Positions 41,033-56,583 of a stretch of 64,000 bases of DNA are shown here, one piece after another. Position 1 is the stretch's first letter, and each line of letters starts with the position of its first letter. This DNA comes from Eledone cirrhosa (Eukaryota). The notes under the pieces were generated by a model. It made no database searches, was not told where the DNA came from, and worked only from the letters and a program-made list of their open reading frames with translations. Position numbers and translations under genes: made by a program. Where the stretch lies: positions 16,554,001 to 16,618,000 of the forward strand of contig OZ024766.1 in NCBI GenBank assembly GCA_964016885.1, read 5' to 3'.

Positions 41033-41841
41033 TAATGTAAGGTAGTGAACAAGATAATTAAATAGACGGAGGTAATTTAAATAATAAAGACAGTCATGAT
41101 AACAATATATTTTATATCACATGTAACAGTGGAATCTGGTTAATTACTAGATCGTTGTAGGGGTGGGTCACATTATTATATTATTTACACACATTAATAT
41201 AGACATTAAGTAAATCTTTGTCAACTTACCTCCTTCACATATAATCAATGTATTGTGTTGTTAGTTGTTACTAAACAACCAAAGAAATAATCTCTTTGTT
41301 ATCAAATTAGAAGTTTCAATGTTATCAGCTTTATTTCACGACATTAACATTGGTGTATCTTCTTCATCTTTAGTCATGAAATGATATCTTGTCAGAATGA
41401 AGTAGTGAGGCTGACTTTATGTCTTTAGCTACAGATTTGATAGGAAATATATATATATTAGGTTGATATGTGGTCTAAAATATATATATTGTCTATAAAT
41501 GACTGATAGCAGATGTTCTGGTGAAATAGTAGTTTTACTACTACAGATTGTAATGGAACTCTTAGTAGACACAATTGTAAAGTAAGAATATATATGACAG
41601 TGTAAGACTGATGTCGGGGAATTAAAATTGTGTGTGTGTATATATATATAATTGTTACACAAGATATAATTAGATTAATTAAAGTTATAACGAAGATAGC
41701 AAGTACTCGGTGACTTAGCGAATGTTTCAACTCTCGTACCGGTGTCAAACGTGAAAATTCCCTGCCATAATTTAGTACCTTCAGACACGTTTCCAGTCGT
41801 ATTTAATTCTATAGTGATGTGATTTATTAAAAAGAAATGTG

Positions 41842-42075
41842 ATAATTGTTTCTACTTTTTGCACAGGGCCAGCAATTACCCTAGTGTATTACTGGTACTT
41901 TATTTTATTGACCCCGTAATAATTGTCTCTACTTTAGGCACAAGGCCAGTAAATACAGACAGTGAATTACTGGTACTTTATTTTATCGATCCCATAATAA
42001 TTGTTTCTACATTAGGCACAAGGCCGACAATACCCCAGTACATTACTGGTACTTTATTTTATCGACCCCGTAAGG
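41842..42075. repeat. 77-bp SINE-derived repeat (3 copies)
   Basis: Same unit. Confidence 0.85.
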
Positions 42076-42124
42076 ATGAAAGGCAAAGCCAATCTCTGAC
42101 GGATTAACTTTGCTTTTCATCCTT

Positions 42125-44135
42125 ATCTCTATACATATAGAAAATGGACAGAGTGTGTACTTCACTGAAACCACTGCTCATCAGTTGACACCAACACCAC
42201 CTGACACTACTCTAACTGCTTTTTTTGATCCACTGCCAGAATAAAGAATTTGTTCGATCCCTCCTATATGCTGACATCCCAAAATACTACACCTGAACCA
42301 ATTGTAAGACTTGGAATCAAAGGAAGCAGGGTCATTTAGTGGAAGGTGATGAAGTCAAGGCAAGTGATGCTATTGGGCATGTTTACAATGACCACCCCAA
42401 CAACAGAGAGAGTTTTTATTTACAGCCACTTCTGCATATTGTTCAAGGACCAACGTCAATTAAGGATCTCAGGTGATTTGGTGGAAGAGTGCAGCACATA
42501 CCGAGAAGCATCTAAAGAACATCAACTCATGCATGGCAATTGACATTAGAAGAAGCAGTCACAGGAGTAGCCAGTTAAATAAGACAGCCATGGACTCCTG
42601 TATGACAACTGACGTTGGAAGAAGAGAGTAGAAGGAGCAGTCACTGGAGTAGCCAGTTAAATAAGACAGCCATGGACTCCTGTATGACAACTGACATTGG
42701 AAGAAGGGACTAGAAGGAGCAGTCACTGCAGTAGTCAGTTAAATAAGACAGCCATGGACACCTGTATGACAACTGATATTGGAAGAAGAGACTAGAAGGA
42801 GCAGTCACTGGAGTGGCCAGTTAAATAAGACAGCCATGGACTCCTGTATGACAACTGACATTGGAAGAAGAGACTAGAAGGAGCAGTCACAGGAGTAGCC
42901 AGTTAAATAAGACAGCCATGGACACCTGTATGACAACCGACATTGGAAGAAGAGACTAGCAGGAGCAGTCACTGGAGTAGCCAGTTAAATAAGTCAGCAA
43001 TGGACACCTGTATGACAATTGACATTGGAAGAAGAGACTAGAAGGAGCAGTCACTGGAGTAGCCAGTTAAATAAGACAGCCATGGACTCCTGTATGACAA
43101 CTGACATTGGAAGAGAGTAGAAGGAGCAGTCACTGCAGTAGCCAGTTAAATAAGACAGCCATGGACACCTGTATGACAACTGACATTGGAAGAAGGGACT
43201 AGAAGGAGCAGTCAGTGGAGTAGCCAGTTAAATAAGACAGCCATGGACTCCTGTATGACAACTGACATTGGAAGAAGGGACTAGAAGGAGCAGTCACTGG
43301 AGTAGCCAGTTAAATAAGACAGCCATGGACACCTGTATGACAACTGACATTGGAAGAAGCAGTCACTGTAGTGGCCAGCTAAATAAGACAGCCATGGACA
43401 CCTGTATGACAACTGACATTGGAAGAAGAGACTAGAAGGAGCAGTCACTGCAGTAGCCAGTTAAATAAGACAGCCATGGACTCCTGTATGACAACTGACG
43501 TTGGAAGAAGGGACTAGAAGGGGCAGTCACTGGAGTAACCAGTTAAATAAGACAGCCATGGACACCTGTATGACAACTGACATTGGAAGAAGGGACTAGA
43601 AGGAGCAGTCACTGGAGTAGCCAGTTAAATAAGACAGCCATGGACACCTGTATGACAACTGACATTGGAAGAAGAGACTAGAAGGAGCAGTCACTGGAGT
43701 GGCCAGTTAAATAAGACAGCCATGGACTCCTGTATGACAACTGACATTGGAAGAAGAGACTAGAAGGAGCAGTCACAGGAGTAGCCAGTTAAATAAGACA
43801 GCCATGGACACCTGTATGACAACTGACGTTGGAAGAAGAGACTAGAAGGGGCAGTCACTGGAGTAGCCAGTTAAATAAGACAGCCATGGACACCTGTATG
43901 ACAACTGATATTGGGAGAAGGTACTAGAAGGAGCAGTCACTGGAGTAGCCAGTTAAATAAGACAGTTGTTTGCTACTATACTCACAGCATGTGGAATAAA
44001 TCTCATCTACCCTGGCAGGAGCACAAATACAATATGTCAGACGACTATCTACACCTAGCCCAAAGACGTTATAGCAATATTTATGTGGAATCTACCTCCA
44101 AGATTTACAATCAACCTCTTTGCAACCTGTCCCAT
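42125..44135 (+). pseudogene. Helitron RepHel fragment with internal satellite
   Basis: Paralog of 8060-9190 with an extra frameshift and stops. Confidence 0.82.
42530..43965 (+). repeat. 82-bp satellite (~17-18 copies)
   Basis: Same unit; two copies have an internal deletion (~42550 and ~43358). Confidence 0.95.
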
Positions 44136-45700
44136 TGAATTCCAGCAATGAATAGCAATGCAGGATGCCAGAGCCAGAAGAAATTGAGGTAATACAATCA
44201 GTTTTTCAGGAGACAAACCATGATATTGAAGTGTTGCGTAAGTTTGTGGATGAAAATAAACCTTGACTGGTGGATGACCAGAAATATGCCTACCACAACA
44301 ACATGAAAAACATTCAACATGACAGCACCCAGCACTCACTGTAAATGAGGTTGGCGTTAGGAAGGGCATCCAGCTTTAGAAATCAAGCCACAATCAGTTC
44401 CCGTACCACCCTTGCAAGCAGGGAAAAAGTGGACGTGAAATGAAATGATGATGAATGATGATGTCCCTCCCATTTTTTCAATAGGGTCACTTTAACGAAT
44501 CAAAAGATAAATAACAGAAAAACAGGCCCTAAAATATATTTTCCGTGCTATTTCTAACTTCACCTTTTCTCTATATATAGAGAGGGAGCGAGAGGACAAT
44601 TTGTCATGTCTTCATTACATTTATTGAGCAGTGAAGCACGTTTTGCTATCGATCAGCTCAAGGTTTGATCTGTATTGATCTAGCCTGACTCTGGAATCAA
44701 AAGCTTGTCAGACTTCTGTTGTGGTAATGTTACAATCCCTAGATATCATCATCATTGATTATTGTCTATCTTCCATGCTAGCATGGGTTGGACGGGTTTG
44801 TCGTATTTAGAAGCAAGTTAGGTCGGGTGACTGTGTCTCGCTCATATATATATATATAGTAGGTGCTGCAAAAAAAATCCGGAAACTAACCATGCATCCC
44901 AGACATGGCTTTAAATGACCAAGGCGGGCAGGTGCAGCAAACAAACGTTGCATACCTGACCCTGTGCGTATCGACAATGGTAGGGTTGTAACCATATCTT
45001 TTAACAGATAAACAAATTTTCCGGGAAAGACTGCCCTAACACCAGCTAGAGTTACCTCCCTTGACCTACTGCAACATCAAAACACGCTTTTTTGCGAAGA
45101 ATGAACTCTGACGTGAACTTATCTCTAAAAACACATTCTGGGCCATGTAAGGAACACTTTTTAGTTATTATACCCTTGAGAAGCCCATCCAGGTGAAACG
45201 TACATCTTTTAACGGTCTGTTCTGCTATATTTTACTTTTCCACGTATATATATAGTTATATATATATATCAACTAGAAATTGATTGACATATAAATAAAC
45301 ATATGAAACAATCACAGGGGATAATTTGTAAAAGTGTGTAAGCACACATAGCTAGGTAGGTAACTAAATAAAGTTGAACTAGAACTTCAAAAATAGATAC
45401 CTTAGAAAATGATTAATCTTCCTTGTATATATTCCATTAAAGAAATAAAGAAATATATTTCACCAATTAATCGATTGGTAAACGACAGTAGCCAGATCTT
45501 GGATTCTCAACAAGGAAGAAGTTCAACCATCTGTGTTTACGCATCAAGTTCAAATCAGCGACTGACCAGTAACACGTGCTGTATCTACTAAAAATACACA
45601 CATCATACCAGCTTCATCCCAGTTGCGTGAATAGGGTTATTGACAACTAGAAACAGCAGTCACGTCCTTTCAACAGAGTTAGCTCTACAATTAAGAGGCC

Positions 45701-45926
45701 GTATTTATATATATCCAAAATTAAGATAAATTAAAACAAAATTAATCTATATCAAATTATGGGTGTCATGCCAGAAAGACATGCGCCATATCACCCGTAA
45801 AATAAGCACCATGGAGCTTATTTTATGGGTGATATGGCACCTGTCTTTCTGGCATGACTCCCATAATTTGATTTACATTAATTTTATTTTAATTTATCTT
45901 AATTTTGGATACATATATATAAATAC
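45701..45926. repeat. ~226-bp palindrome copy
   Basis: Centre caccatggag. Confidence 0.88.
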
Positions 45927-46235
45927 AGAGAAAGAGAAGAGTAGACAAACAGACAATGACAAAGAAGAGGAATTAACCACCCCAGTATTTCACTGGTATT
46001 TCATTTATTGACCTCAAAATATCAAAGCAACTTTACCTCAGTGGGATTTGTACTCTGAAAACTAGAACAGACACTGAAAATATATCAAGATGTGCACACA
46101 TGTATATAGGAACACATATAAACATACATATACATATACACACACACATACACAAATAAAGATAATCATATTCATGGACAGAAATTTCTACACACTGACA
46201 TATACACTCATACATATATATATATATATATATAT

Positions 46236-46358
46236 ATAGGAAAATGTTTAACGCCGACGGCAGAGCTCAAGCCATTTCGACGGTTATGTCTGGACTGTTT
46301 CCAGAAATAGCCGTCGAAACGGATTGAGCTCTGCCGTCGGGGTTAAACATTTTCCTAT
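46236..46358. repeat. 123-bp hairpin copy
   Basis: Paralog of 1824-1946. Confidence 0.88.
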
Positions 46359-46789
46359 TACCCGCTCTACTACCCTAAGTATTGAGTACTCTGGTGCGTA
46401 TATGGTCCATCTGGTTCTTTACTACACCTCCTTTGTTATATATATATATAATATTATAAGAAACGAAAGGAGCTGTGTGGTTACTGTAAACAAAGTTTAA
46501 GATGGTAATATGGATGAAAGGAGAGAAGAAACCCTTCATCAGCTGTAAACCGAGATCATAGATGGCTTGGCACATATATATATATATAGTGTTTGTAAAT
46601 TCTGTACCATACAGATTTGTCAGCATAAGTCTTGGTTACAACTTCTACAAATAAAATGAAAGGAGAATAATTTCAGAACAAACAAGTTTTATTCAAAACA
46701 TTAACAACATTGGTGGCACTATTTTCGGTGAGTGACATGGTTTTTATCTTGTCTGATTGTGTTTGTTACATTAAGTAACTTCATGTTGG

Positions 46790-47476
46790 TACCACAACAT
46801 TTAGAAAATGATTTACCACAGACAACACAGTGATATGGTTCCTTTCCTATATATGTTAGTGTCTAGTGAAGCCACAACATTTAGAGAATGATTTACCACA
46901 GACATCACAGTGATATGGTTCCACTCCTGTATATGTTAGTGTGTAGTGAAGCCACATTTAGAGAAGGATTTACCACAGACATCACAGCATCACAGTGATA
47001 TGGTTCCTCTCCTGTATATGTTAGTGTCTAGTGAAGCCACAACATTTAGAGAATGATTTACCACAGACATCACAGTGGTATGGTTCCTCTCCTGTATGTT
47101 AGTGTCTAGTGAAGCCACAACATTTAGAGAAGGATTTACCACAGACATCACAGTGATAAGGTTCCTCTCCTGAATATGTTAGTGTCTAGTGAAGCCACAA
47201 TATTTAGAGAATGATTTACTGCAGATATTACTGTGATATGGTTCCTTTTCTGTAAATGTTAGTGCTGAGTGAAGTGACTTATTTCAGAGAATGATTTCCC
47301 ACAGATATCACAGTGATATGGCTTTTCTCCAGTATATATTTATGTTTGTATGTAGTTAATGTAGCAATACAAGAGAATAATTTCTCCACAACATCACAGT
47401 GGTATGGCTTCTCACTCATATGAATGTATTTGTGTCTAATTAATTTACAATTTTGAGACAATGAGATATGACTTTG
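46790..47476 (-). repeat. Degenerate ZF / 80-bp pseudo-finger array (~6 copies)
   Basis: Same unit as 2380-2990. Confidence 0.87.
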
Positions 47477-49081
47477 TTATGGTTTCTTACCTGTATGGGT
47501 ATATTTGTGTTTAGTTAAACTACTTAATTGAGAGAATGATTTACCACAGCGATATGGCTTCTCACCTGTATGGATACGTAAGTGTTGAGTTAAGGGACTA
47601 CTTTGAGAGAATGATTTACCACAGATATCACAGTGATATGGCTTCTCACCTGTATGTATACGTTTGTGACTAATTAAATTACTACAAGAAGAGAATGATT
47701 TACCACAGATATCACAGTGATATGGCTTGTCACCTGTATGGGTACGTATGTGACGAGTTAATATACTACTTAGAGAGAATGATTTACCACAGATATCACA
47801 GCGATATGGTTTTTCACCTGTATGTATACGCATGTGTGTAGTTAAGTTACTACTTTTATTGAATGATATACCACAGATATCACAGTGATATGGCTTCTCA
47901 CCTGTATGTATACGTTTGTGTCTAGTTAATTTACTATTAACAAAGAATGATTTACCACAGATATCACAGCGATATGGTTTCTCTCTTGTATGTATATGTT
48001 TGTGTGTAGTTAAATGACTACTTCGAGAGAATGATTTACCACAGATATCACAGTGATATGGCTTGTCACCTGTATGGGTATGTTTGTGACTAGTTAAGGT
48101 ACCACTTTCAGAGAATGATTTACCACAGATATCACAGTTATATGGCTTCTCTCCCGTATGTATATGTTTGTGTGTAGTTAAATGACTACTTAGAGAGAAT
48201 GATTTACCACAGATATCACAGTGATATGGTTTCTCACCTGTATGTATACGCATGTGTTTAGTTAAGTTACTACTTTGAGAGAATGATCTACCACAGATAA
48301 CACAGTGATTTGGCTTCTCTCCTGTATGTATATGTTTGTGTGTAGTTAAGGTACCACTTAGAGAGAATGATTTACCACAGATATCACAGTGATATGGCTT
48401 CTCTCCAGTATGTATATGTTTGTGTGTAGTTAAATGACTACTTCGAGAGAATGATTTACCACAGATATCACAGTGGTATGGCTTGTCACCTGTATGGGTA
48501 CGTTTGTGGCTAGTTAAGGTACCACTTTCAGAGAATGATATACCACAGATATCACAGTGATATGGCTTCTCTCCTGTATGTATATGTTTGTGTGTAGTTA
48601 AGGTACTACTTTGAGAAAATGATTTACCACAGATATCACAGTGATTCGGCTTCTCTCCTGTATGTATATGTTTGTGTGTAGTTAAGGTACAACTTTGAGA
48701 GAATGATTTACCACAGATATCACAGTGATATGGCTTGTCTCCTGTATGTGTACGTTTGTGGCTACTTAAGTGACCACTTCCAGAGAATGATTTACCACAG
48801 ATATCACAGCGATATGGTTTCTCACCTGTATGTATACGTTTGTGGCTAGTTAATATACTACTTTGAGAGAATGATTTACCACATATATCACAGTTATATG
48901 GCTTCTCTCCTGTATGGGTACGTTTGTGTCTAGTTAATTTACTACTAACAGAGAATGATTTACCACAGACATCACAGTGATATGGCTTCTCTCCTCTATT
49001 GTTTGACATCTCTTCTGGAATAGCCATATCTTTAGACATTGTTTCACATTTAATCTTCTTTTCACTCAATATATTTTCCAT
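47477..49081 (-). CDS. C2H2 zinc-finger protein C, 17 intact fingers + 1 broken
   Basis: 534 aa; last finger reads YRCGKSF (9-bp deletion removes one Cys). Confidence 0.95.
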   Translation of the reverse strand: MENILSEKKIKCETMSKDMAIPEEMSNNRGEKPYHCDVCGKSFSVSSKLTRHKRTHTGEKPYNCDICGKSFSQSSILTSHKRIHTGEKPYRCDICGKSFSGSGHLSSHKRTHTGDKPYHCDICGKSFSQSCTLTTHKHIHTGEKPNHCDICGKSFSQSSTLTTHKHIHTGEKPYHCDICGISFSESGTLTSHKRTHTGDKPYHCDICGKSFSRSSHLTTHKHIHTGEKPYHCDICGKSFSLSGTLTTHKHIHTGEKPNHCVICGRSFSQSSNLTKHMRIHTGEKPYHCDICGKSFSLSSHLTTHKHIHTGEKPYNCDICGKSFSESGTLTSHKHTHTGDKPYHCDICGKSFSRSSHLTTHKHIHTREKPYRCDICGKSFFVNSKLTRHKRIHTGEKPYHCDICGISFNKSSNLTTHMRIHTGEKPYRCDICGKSFSLSSILTRHIRTHTGDKPYHCDICGKSFSSCSNLISHKRIHTGEKPYHCDICGKSFSQSSPLTQHLRIHTGEKPYRCGKSFSQLSSLTKHKYTHTGKKP

Positions 49082-50739
49082 AATAATTCTTCTTCCCTTG
49101 GCAGAATTTACAGATGTTATTCTTTAATATTTTTCATATTATATTCTTAAAAAATATTTCTTCTGTTATATTTCCCTCAATTATGATCTCAGTTAATATC
49201 TGAAATGATCAAACTTCTTTGTCATTGAAGCTGAGTTAAAATACAAAATATATCTCTCATATATATACCACATAGTGAAGAAAAGGAATTTTGTCTTTAA
49301 ACTCAGCTCTGAGGAAATATATCACAGTAATTCTGATAGATTTAAATAAACAGTGTTATATAAGTTCTGTTTAAAAAGTTTTAATCTTCAAATGATGATA
49401 AATCGAGGTGATGTATCCAAGATTGAAAATAATAATTTATCCCAATGTCATCTGATATTCTGAAATGAAAAAGAAACAGTATGAGATAATAGAGAATACT
49501 TAAGAAGCAGAGATAGATTTAACAGTGGAAATTTTACATCTATAAACCCTGGAAACTTTTTATTGAAAAATCAAATTATTTTAGTTTTTAATTAGTTACA
49601 AGAAATCTTCCTCCACACCTGCAACCATGAGTGCATCTGGGGTTCTCTTCTCTTCAGAGAGATGGATCCTCATGAGGTGGAGAGAATACTTTGCTGATCT
49701 CCCAAACCCGATCACAACAGCATCTTCGGACGTACATGAGGTGAATCTGATAGCGGTGACTAATCTCTCGGAGGCTGAGGCGACAAGAGCAATTAAAGAG
49801 CTCAAATGTGACCGACTCATGTGTGTCAGATGGCCTGGGTCTCTGAAATGGCACTCAAGCAATGCAATCGGGAGTGATAATCCCAACTTATAAAAAGCGA
49901 GTCCAAGCTAGCTGATGGACAGTGCTGTTTTTTCCCTGGGTGCAACATAACCCACCAAATATTCACACTGTGGCAGGTCTTTGAGAAATCGTGGGAGTAT
50001 TGCTAAGAGGTATATATTATCGTTTTATAGACCTTGAAAATGCATATGATTGCATTCTTCAGGACCTGCTGTGCACACAGGAGTTCCCATGGGCAGCCAG
50101 TCTTAAACATCTCTGTTATAGGCTGCAGGACGATAATAACTACGTGAGGGCTAAGAACAGAGCCCTGGTGGACACCAGACTACACTCCAAATTCTTCACT
50201 ATAATTGTTTCTATTTTAAACACAAGGCCAGCAATTACCCAGTACATTACTGGTACTTTATTTTATCGACCCCGTATGGATGTAAGGCAAAGTTAACCTC
50301 GGCGGGATTTGAACTCAGATCATAAAGGGACGTAACTCTGTGCCTCAAAGCATGGTGTCCGACTCTCTACCGATACTGCCACTTCACTATGAATGTTAAT
50401 CCTGACATTGCTGACTGCTCTTCTATACATGGCTTTATGATCCTCTATACAAGACATGTATCAGACGGTTATTCAGCTAGCTCTTTAGAGTATTAGAACC
50501 TTATTATGTACAGCCACCGAGATCCCACACCAACAGATGTCCCTTCACCATCAAAGCAGTGCCCTGAAATACAGATACTAAACCCCTACTTGGATGGCTA
50601 ACTCAAACATAATTATAATGAAATGAAACCCACAATAAAGTAATGTTCAACCATAAGTAGATGAAGTTAATTAAATTGTAAGAGATTTAGAATAAAATAG
50701 ACAAAATATTAATTTACTTGAATTAAATAGACGTTTAAA

Positions 50740-51240
50740 TGTACATAATTAAATAGACGGAGGTAATTTAATTAATAAAAATATCTTTAACTTACTTAAA
50801 GCAATGACAAAGTACAGCTAAATATAAACTATATTTTATAATGTAAGGTAGTGAACAAGATAATTAAATAGACGGAGGTAATTTAGATAACAAAAATATC
50901 TTTAATTTACTTAAATTAATTTACAAGGTACAGCTAAATATAAACTATATTTTATAATGTAAGGTAGTGAACCACATAATTAAATAGACGGAGGTAATTT
51001 AGATAATAAATATATCTTTAATTTACTTAAAGCAATAACAAGGTACAGCTAAATATAAACTATATTTTATAATGTAAGGTAGTGAACAAGATAATTAAAT
51101 AGACGGAGGTAATTTAAATAATAAATATATCTTTAATTTACTTAAAGCAATAACAAGGTACAGCTAAATATAAACTATATTTTATAATGTAAGGTAGTGA
51201 ACCACATAATTAAATAGACGGAGGTAATTTAAATAATAAA
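50740..51240. repeat. 115-bp AT-rich repeat (~4 copies)
   Basis: Same unit. Confidence 0.88.
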
Positions 51241-52193
51241 GACAGTCATGATAACAATATATTTTATATCACATGTAACAGTGGAATCTGGTTAATTACT
51301 GAATCGTTGTATGGTTCAAATAATTATATTATTTACACACATTAATATAGACATTAAGTAAATCTTTGTCAACTTACCTCCTTCACATATAATCAATGTA
51401 TTGTGTTGTTAGTTGTTACTAAACAACCAAAGAAATAATCTCTTTGTTATCAAATTAGAAGTTTCAATGTTATCAGCTTTATTTCACGACATTAACGTTG
51501 GTGTATCTTCTTCATCTTTAGTCATAAATTGATATCTTGTCAGAATGAAGTAGTGAGGCTGACTTTATGTCTTTAGCTACAGATTTGATAGGAAATATAT
51601 ATATATTAGGTTGATATGTGGTCTAAAATATATATATTGTCTATAAATGACTGATAGCAGATGTTCTGGTGAAATAGTAGTTTTACTACTACAGATTGTA
51701 ATGGAACTCTTAGTAGACACAATTGTAAAGTAAGAATAGATATGACAGTGTAAGACTGATGTCGGGGAATTAAAATTGTGTGTGTGTATATATATATAAT
51801 TGTTACACAAGATATAATTAGATTAATTAAAGTTATCACGAAGACAGCAGGTACTCGGTGTCTTAGCGAATATTTCGACTCTCGTACGGTGTCAAACGTG
51901 AAAAGTCCCTGACATAATTTAGTACCTTCACACACATTTCCAGTTGTATTTAATTCTATAGTGATGTGATTTATTAAAAAGAAATGTGATAATTGTTTCT
52001 ACTTTTGGCACAAGGCCAGCAATTACCCTAGTGTATTACTGGTACTATATTTTATCGACCCTGTAATAATTGTTTCTACATTAGGCACAAGGCCAGCAAT
52101 ACCCCAGTACATTACTGGTACTTTATTTTACCGACCCCGTAGGGATGAAAGGCAAAGCTAACCTCTGAGGGATTAACTTTGCTTTTCATCCTT

Positions 52194-54478
52194 ATCTCTA
52201 TACATATAGAAAATGGACAGAGTGTGTACTTCACTGAAACCACTGCTCATCAGTTGACACCAGCACCACCTGACACTACTCTAACTGCTTTTTTGAAACA
52301 CTGCCAGAATAAAGAATTTGTTCGATCCCTCCTATATGCTGACATCCCAAAATACTACACCTGGACCAATTGTAAGACTTGGAATCAAAGGAAGCAGGGT
52401 CATTTAGTGGAAGGTGATGAAGTCAAGGCAAGTGATGCTATTGGGCATGTTTACAATGACCACCCCAACAACAGAGAGAGTTTTTATTTACAGCCACTTC
52501 TGCATATTGTTCAAGGACCAACGTCATTTGGGGATCTCAGGTGATTTGGTGGAAGAGTGCAGCACATACCGAGAAGCATCTAAAGAACATCAAATCCTGC
52601 ATGGCAATTGACATTGGAAGAAGAGACTAGAAGGAGCAGTCACAGGAGTAGCCAGTTAAATAAGACAGCCATGGACTCCTGTATGACAACTGACATTGGA
52701 AGAAGAGTCTAGAAGGAGCAGTCACTGGAGTAGCCAGTTAAATAAGACAGCCATGGACTTCTGTATGACAACTGAGATTGGAAGAAGAGACTAGAAGGAG
52801 CAGTCACTGGAGTAGCGAGTTAAATAAGACAGCCATGGACTCCTGTATGACAACTGACATTGGAAGAAGAGACTAGAAGGAGCAGTCACTGGAGTAGCCA
52901 GTTAAATAAGACAGCCATGGACTTCTGTATGACAACTGACATTGGCAGAAGTGACTAGAAGGAGCAGTCACTGGAGTAGCCACTTAAATAAGACAGTCAT
53001 GGACTCCTGTATGACGACTAACATTCGAAGAAGGGACTAGAAGGAGCAGTCACAGGAGTAGCCAGCTAAATAAGACAGCCATGGACACCTGTATGACAAC
53101 TGACATTGGAAGAAGGGACTAGAAGGAGCAGTCACTGGAATAGCCAGTTAAATAAGACAGCCATGGACTCCTGTATGACAACTGACATTGGAAAGAGAGA
53201 CTAGAAGGAGCAGTCACTGGAGTAGCCAGTTAAATAAGACAGTCATGGACACCTGTATGACAACTAACATTGGAAGAAGGGACTAGAAGGAGCAGTCACT
53301 GGAGTAGCCAGTTAAATAAGACAGCCATGGACACCTGTATGACAACTAACATTGGAAGAAGGGACTAGAAGGAGCAGTCACTGGAGTAGCCAGTTAAATA
53401 AGACAGCCATGGACTTCTGTATGACAACTGAGATTGGAAGAAGGGACTAGAAGGAGCAGTCACTGGAGTAGCCAGTTAAATAAGACAGCCATGGACTCCT
53501 GTATGACAACTGACATTGGATGAAGAGACTAGAAGGAGCAGTCACTGGAGTAGCCAGTTAAATAAGACAGTCATGGACACCTGTATGACAACTAACATTG
53601 GAAGAAGGGACTAGAAGGAGCAGTCACTGGAGTAGCCAGTTAAATAAGACAGCCATGGACTTCTGTATGACAACTGAGATTGGAAGAAGGGACTAGAAGG
53701 AGCAGTCACTGGAGTAGCCAGTTAAATAAGACAGCCATGGACTCCTGTATGACAACTGACATTGGATGAAGGGACTAGAAGGAGCAGTCACTGGAGTAGC
53801 CAGTTAAATAAGTCAGCCATGGACTCCTGTATGACAACTGACATTGGAAGAAGAGACTAGAAGGAGCAGTCACTGGAGGGGCCAGTTAAATAAGACAGCC
53901 ATCGACACATGTATGACAACTGACATTGGAAGAAAGGACTAGAGGGAGCAGTCACAGGAGTGGCCAATTAAATAAGACAGCCATGGACACCTGTATGACA
54001 ACTGACATTGGAAGAAGGGACTAGAAGGAGCAGTCACTGGAGTAGCCAGTTAAATAAGACAGCCATGGACTCCTGTATGACAACTGACATTGGAATAAGA
54101 GACTAGAAGGAGCAGTCACTGGAGTGGCCAATTAAATAAGACAGCCATGGACACCTGTATGACAACTGACATTGGAAGAAGGGACTAGAAGGAGCAGTCA
54201 CTGGGGTAGCCAGTTAAATAAGACAGCCATGGACACCTGTATGACAACTGACATTGGAAGAAGGGACTAGAAGGAGCAGTCACTGGAGCAGCCAGTTAAA
54301 TAAGACAGTTGTTTGCTACTATACTCACAGCATCTGGAATAAATCTCATCTACCCTGGCAGGAGTACAAAAACAATATATCAGACGACTATCTACATCTA
54401 GCCCAAAGATGTTATAGCAATATTTATGTGGAATCTACATCCAGGATTTACAATCAACCTCTGTGCAACCTGTCCCAT
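52194..54478 (+). pseudogene. Helitron RepHel fragment with internal satellite
   Basis: ORFs 52179-52544 and 54254-54481. Confidence 0.85.
52598..54308 (+). repeat. 82-bp satellite (~21 copies)
   Basis: Same unit. Confidence 0.95.
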
Positions 54479-56037
54479 TGAATTCCAGCAATGAATAGCA
54501 ATGCAGGATGCCAGAGCCAGAAGAAATTGAGGTAATACGATCAGTTTTTCAGGAGACAAACCATGATATTGAAGTGTTGCGTAAGTTTGTGGATGAAAAT
54601 AAACCTTGACTGGTGGATGACCAGAAATATGCCTACCACAAGATCTTGAAAAACATTCAACATGACAACACCCAGCACTCACTGTAAATGAGGTTGGCGT
54701 TAGGAAGGGCATCCATCTTTAGAAATCAAGCCACAATCAGTTCCCGTACCACCCTTGCAAGCAGGGAAAAAGCGGACGTGAAATGAAATGATGATGAATG
54801 ATGATTTTTTCAATAGGGTCACTTTAACGAATCAAAAGATATATAACAGAAAAACAGGCACTAAAATATATTTTCCGTGCTATTTCAAACTTCACCTTTT
54901 CTCTATATATAGAGAGAGAGCGAGAGGACAATTTGTCATGTCTTCATTACATTTATTGAGCAGTGAAGCACGTTTTGCTATCGATCAGCTCAAGGTTTGA
55001 TCTGTATTGATCTAGCCTGACTCTGGAATTAAAAGCTTGTCAGACTTCTGTTGTGGTAATGTTACAATCCCTAGATATCATCATCATTGATTAATGTCTA
55101 TCTTCCATGCTAGCATGGGTTGGACGGGTTTGTCGTATTTAGAAGCAAGTTAGGTCGGGTGACCGTGTCTCGCTCATATGTAAATATATATAGCAGGCGC
55201 TGCAAAAAAGATCCGGAAACTAACCATGCATCCCAGACATGGCTTCAAGTGACCCAGGCGGGCAGGTGCAGCAAACAAACGTTGCATACCTGACCCTGTG
55301 CGTATCGACAATGGTAGGGTTGTAACCATATCTTGTAACAGAGAAAAAAATTTTCTGGGAAAGACTGCCCTCACACCAGCTAGAGTTACCTCCCTTGACC
55401 TACTGCAACATCAAAACACGCTTTTTTGCGAAGAATGAACTCTGACGTGAACTTATCTCTAAAAACACATTCTGGGCCATGTAAGGAACACTTTTTAGTT
55501 ATTTATACCCTTGAGAAGCCCATCCAGGTGAAACGTACATCTTTTAACGGTCTGTTCTGCTATATTTTACTTTTCCACGTATAAATATATATATATATAT
55601 ATATATCAACTAGAAATTGATTGACATATAAATAAACATATGAAACAATCACAGGGGATAATTTGTAAAAGTGTGTAAGCACACATAGCTAGGTAGGTAA
55701 CTAAATAAAGTTTAACTAGAACTTCAAAAATAGATACCTTAGAAAATGATTAATCTTCCTTGTATATATTCCATTAAAGAAATAAAGAAATATATTTCAC
55801 CAATTAATCGATTGGTAAACGACAGTAGCCAGATCTTGGATTCTCAACAAGGAAGAAGTTCAACCATCTGTGTTTACGCATCAAGTTCAAATCAGCGACT
55901 GACCAGTAACACATGCTGTATCTACTAAAAATACACACATCATACCAGCTTCATCCCAGTTGCGTGAATAGGGTTATTGACAACTAGAAACAGCAGTCAG
56001 GTCCTTTCAACAGAGTTAGCTCTACAATTAAGAGGCC

Positions 56038-56263
56038 GTATTTATATATATCCAAAATTAAGATAAATTAAAACAAAATTAATCTATATCAAATTATGGG
56101 TGTCATGCCAGAAAGACATGCGCCATATCACCCGTAAAATAAGCACCATGGAGCTTATTTTATGGGTGATATGGCACCTGTCTTTCTGGCATGACACCCA
56201 TAATTTGATTTACATTAATTTTATTTTAATTTATCTTAATTTTGGATACATATATATAAATAC
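56038..56263. repeat. ~226-bp palindrome copy
   Basis: Paralog of 45701-45926. Confidence 0.88.
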
Positions 56264-56547
56264 AGAGAAAGAGAAGAGTAGACAAACAGACAATGACAAA
56301 GAAGAGGAATTAACCACCCCAGTATTTCACTGGTATTTCATTTATTGGCCTCAAAATATCGAAGCAACTTTACCTCAGTGGGATTTGTACTCTGAAAACT
56401 AGAACAGACACTGAAAATATATCAAGATGTGCACACATGTATATAAGAACACATATAAACATACATATACATATACACACACATATATACACAAATAAAG
56501 ATAATCATTTTCATGGACAGAAATTTCTACACACTGACATATACACT

Positions 56548-56578
<31 letters not shown>

Positions 56579-56583
<5 letters not shown>

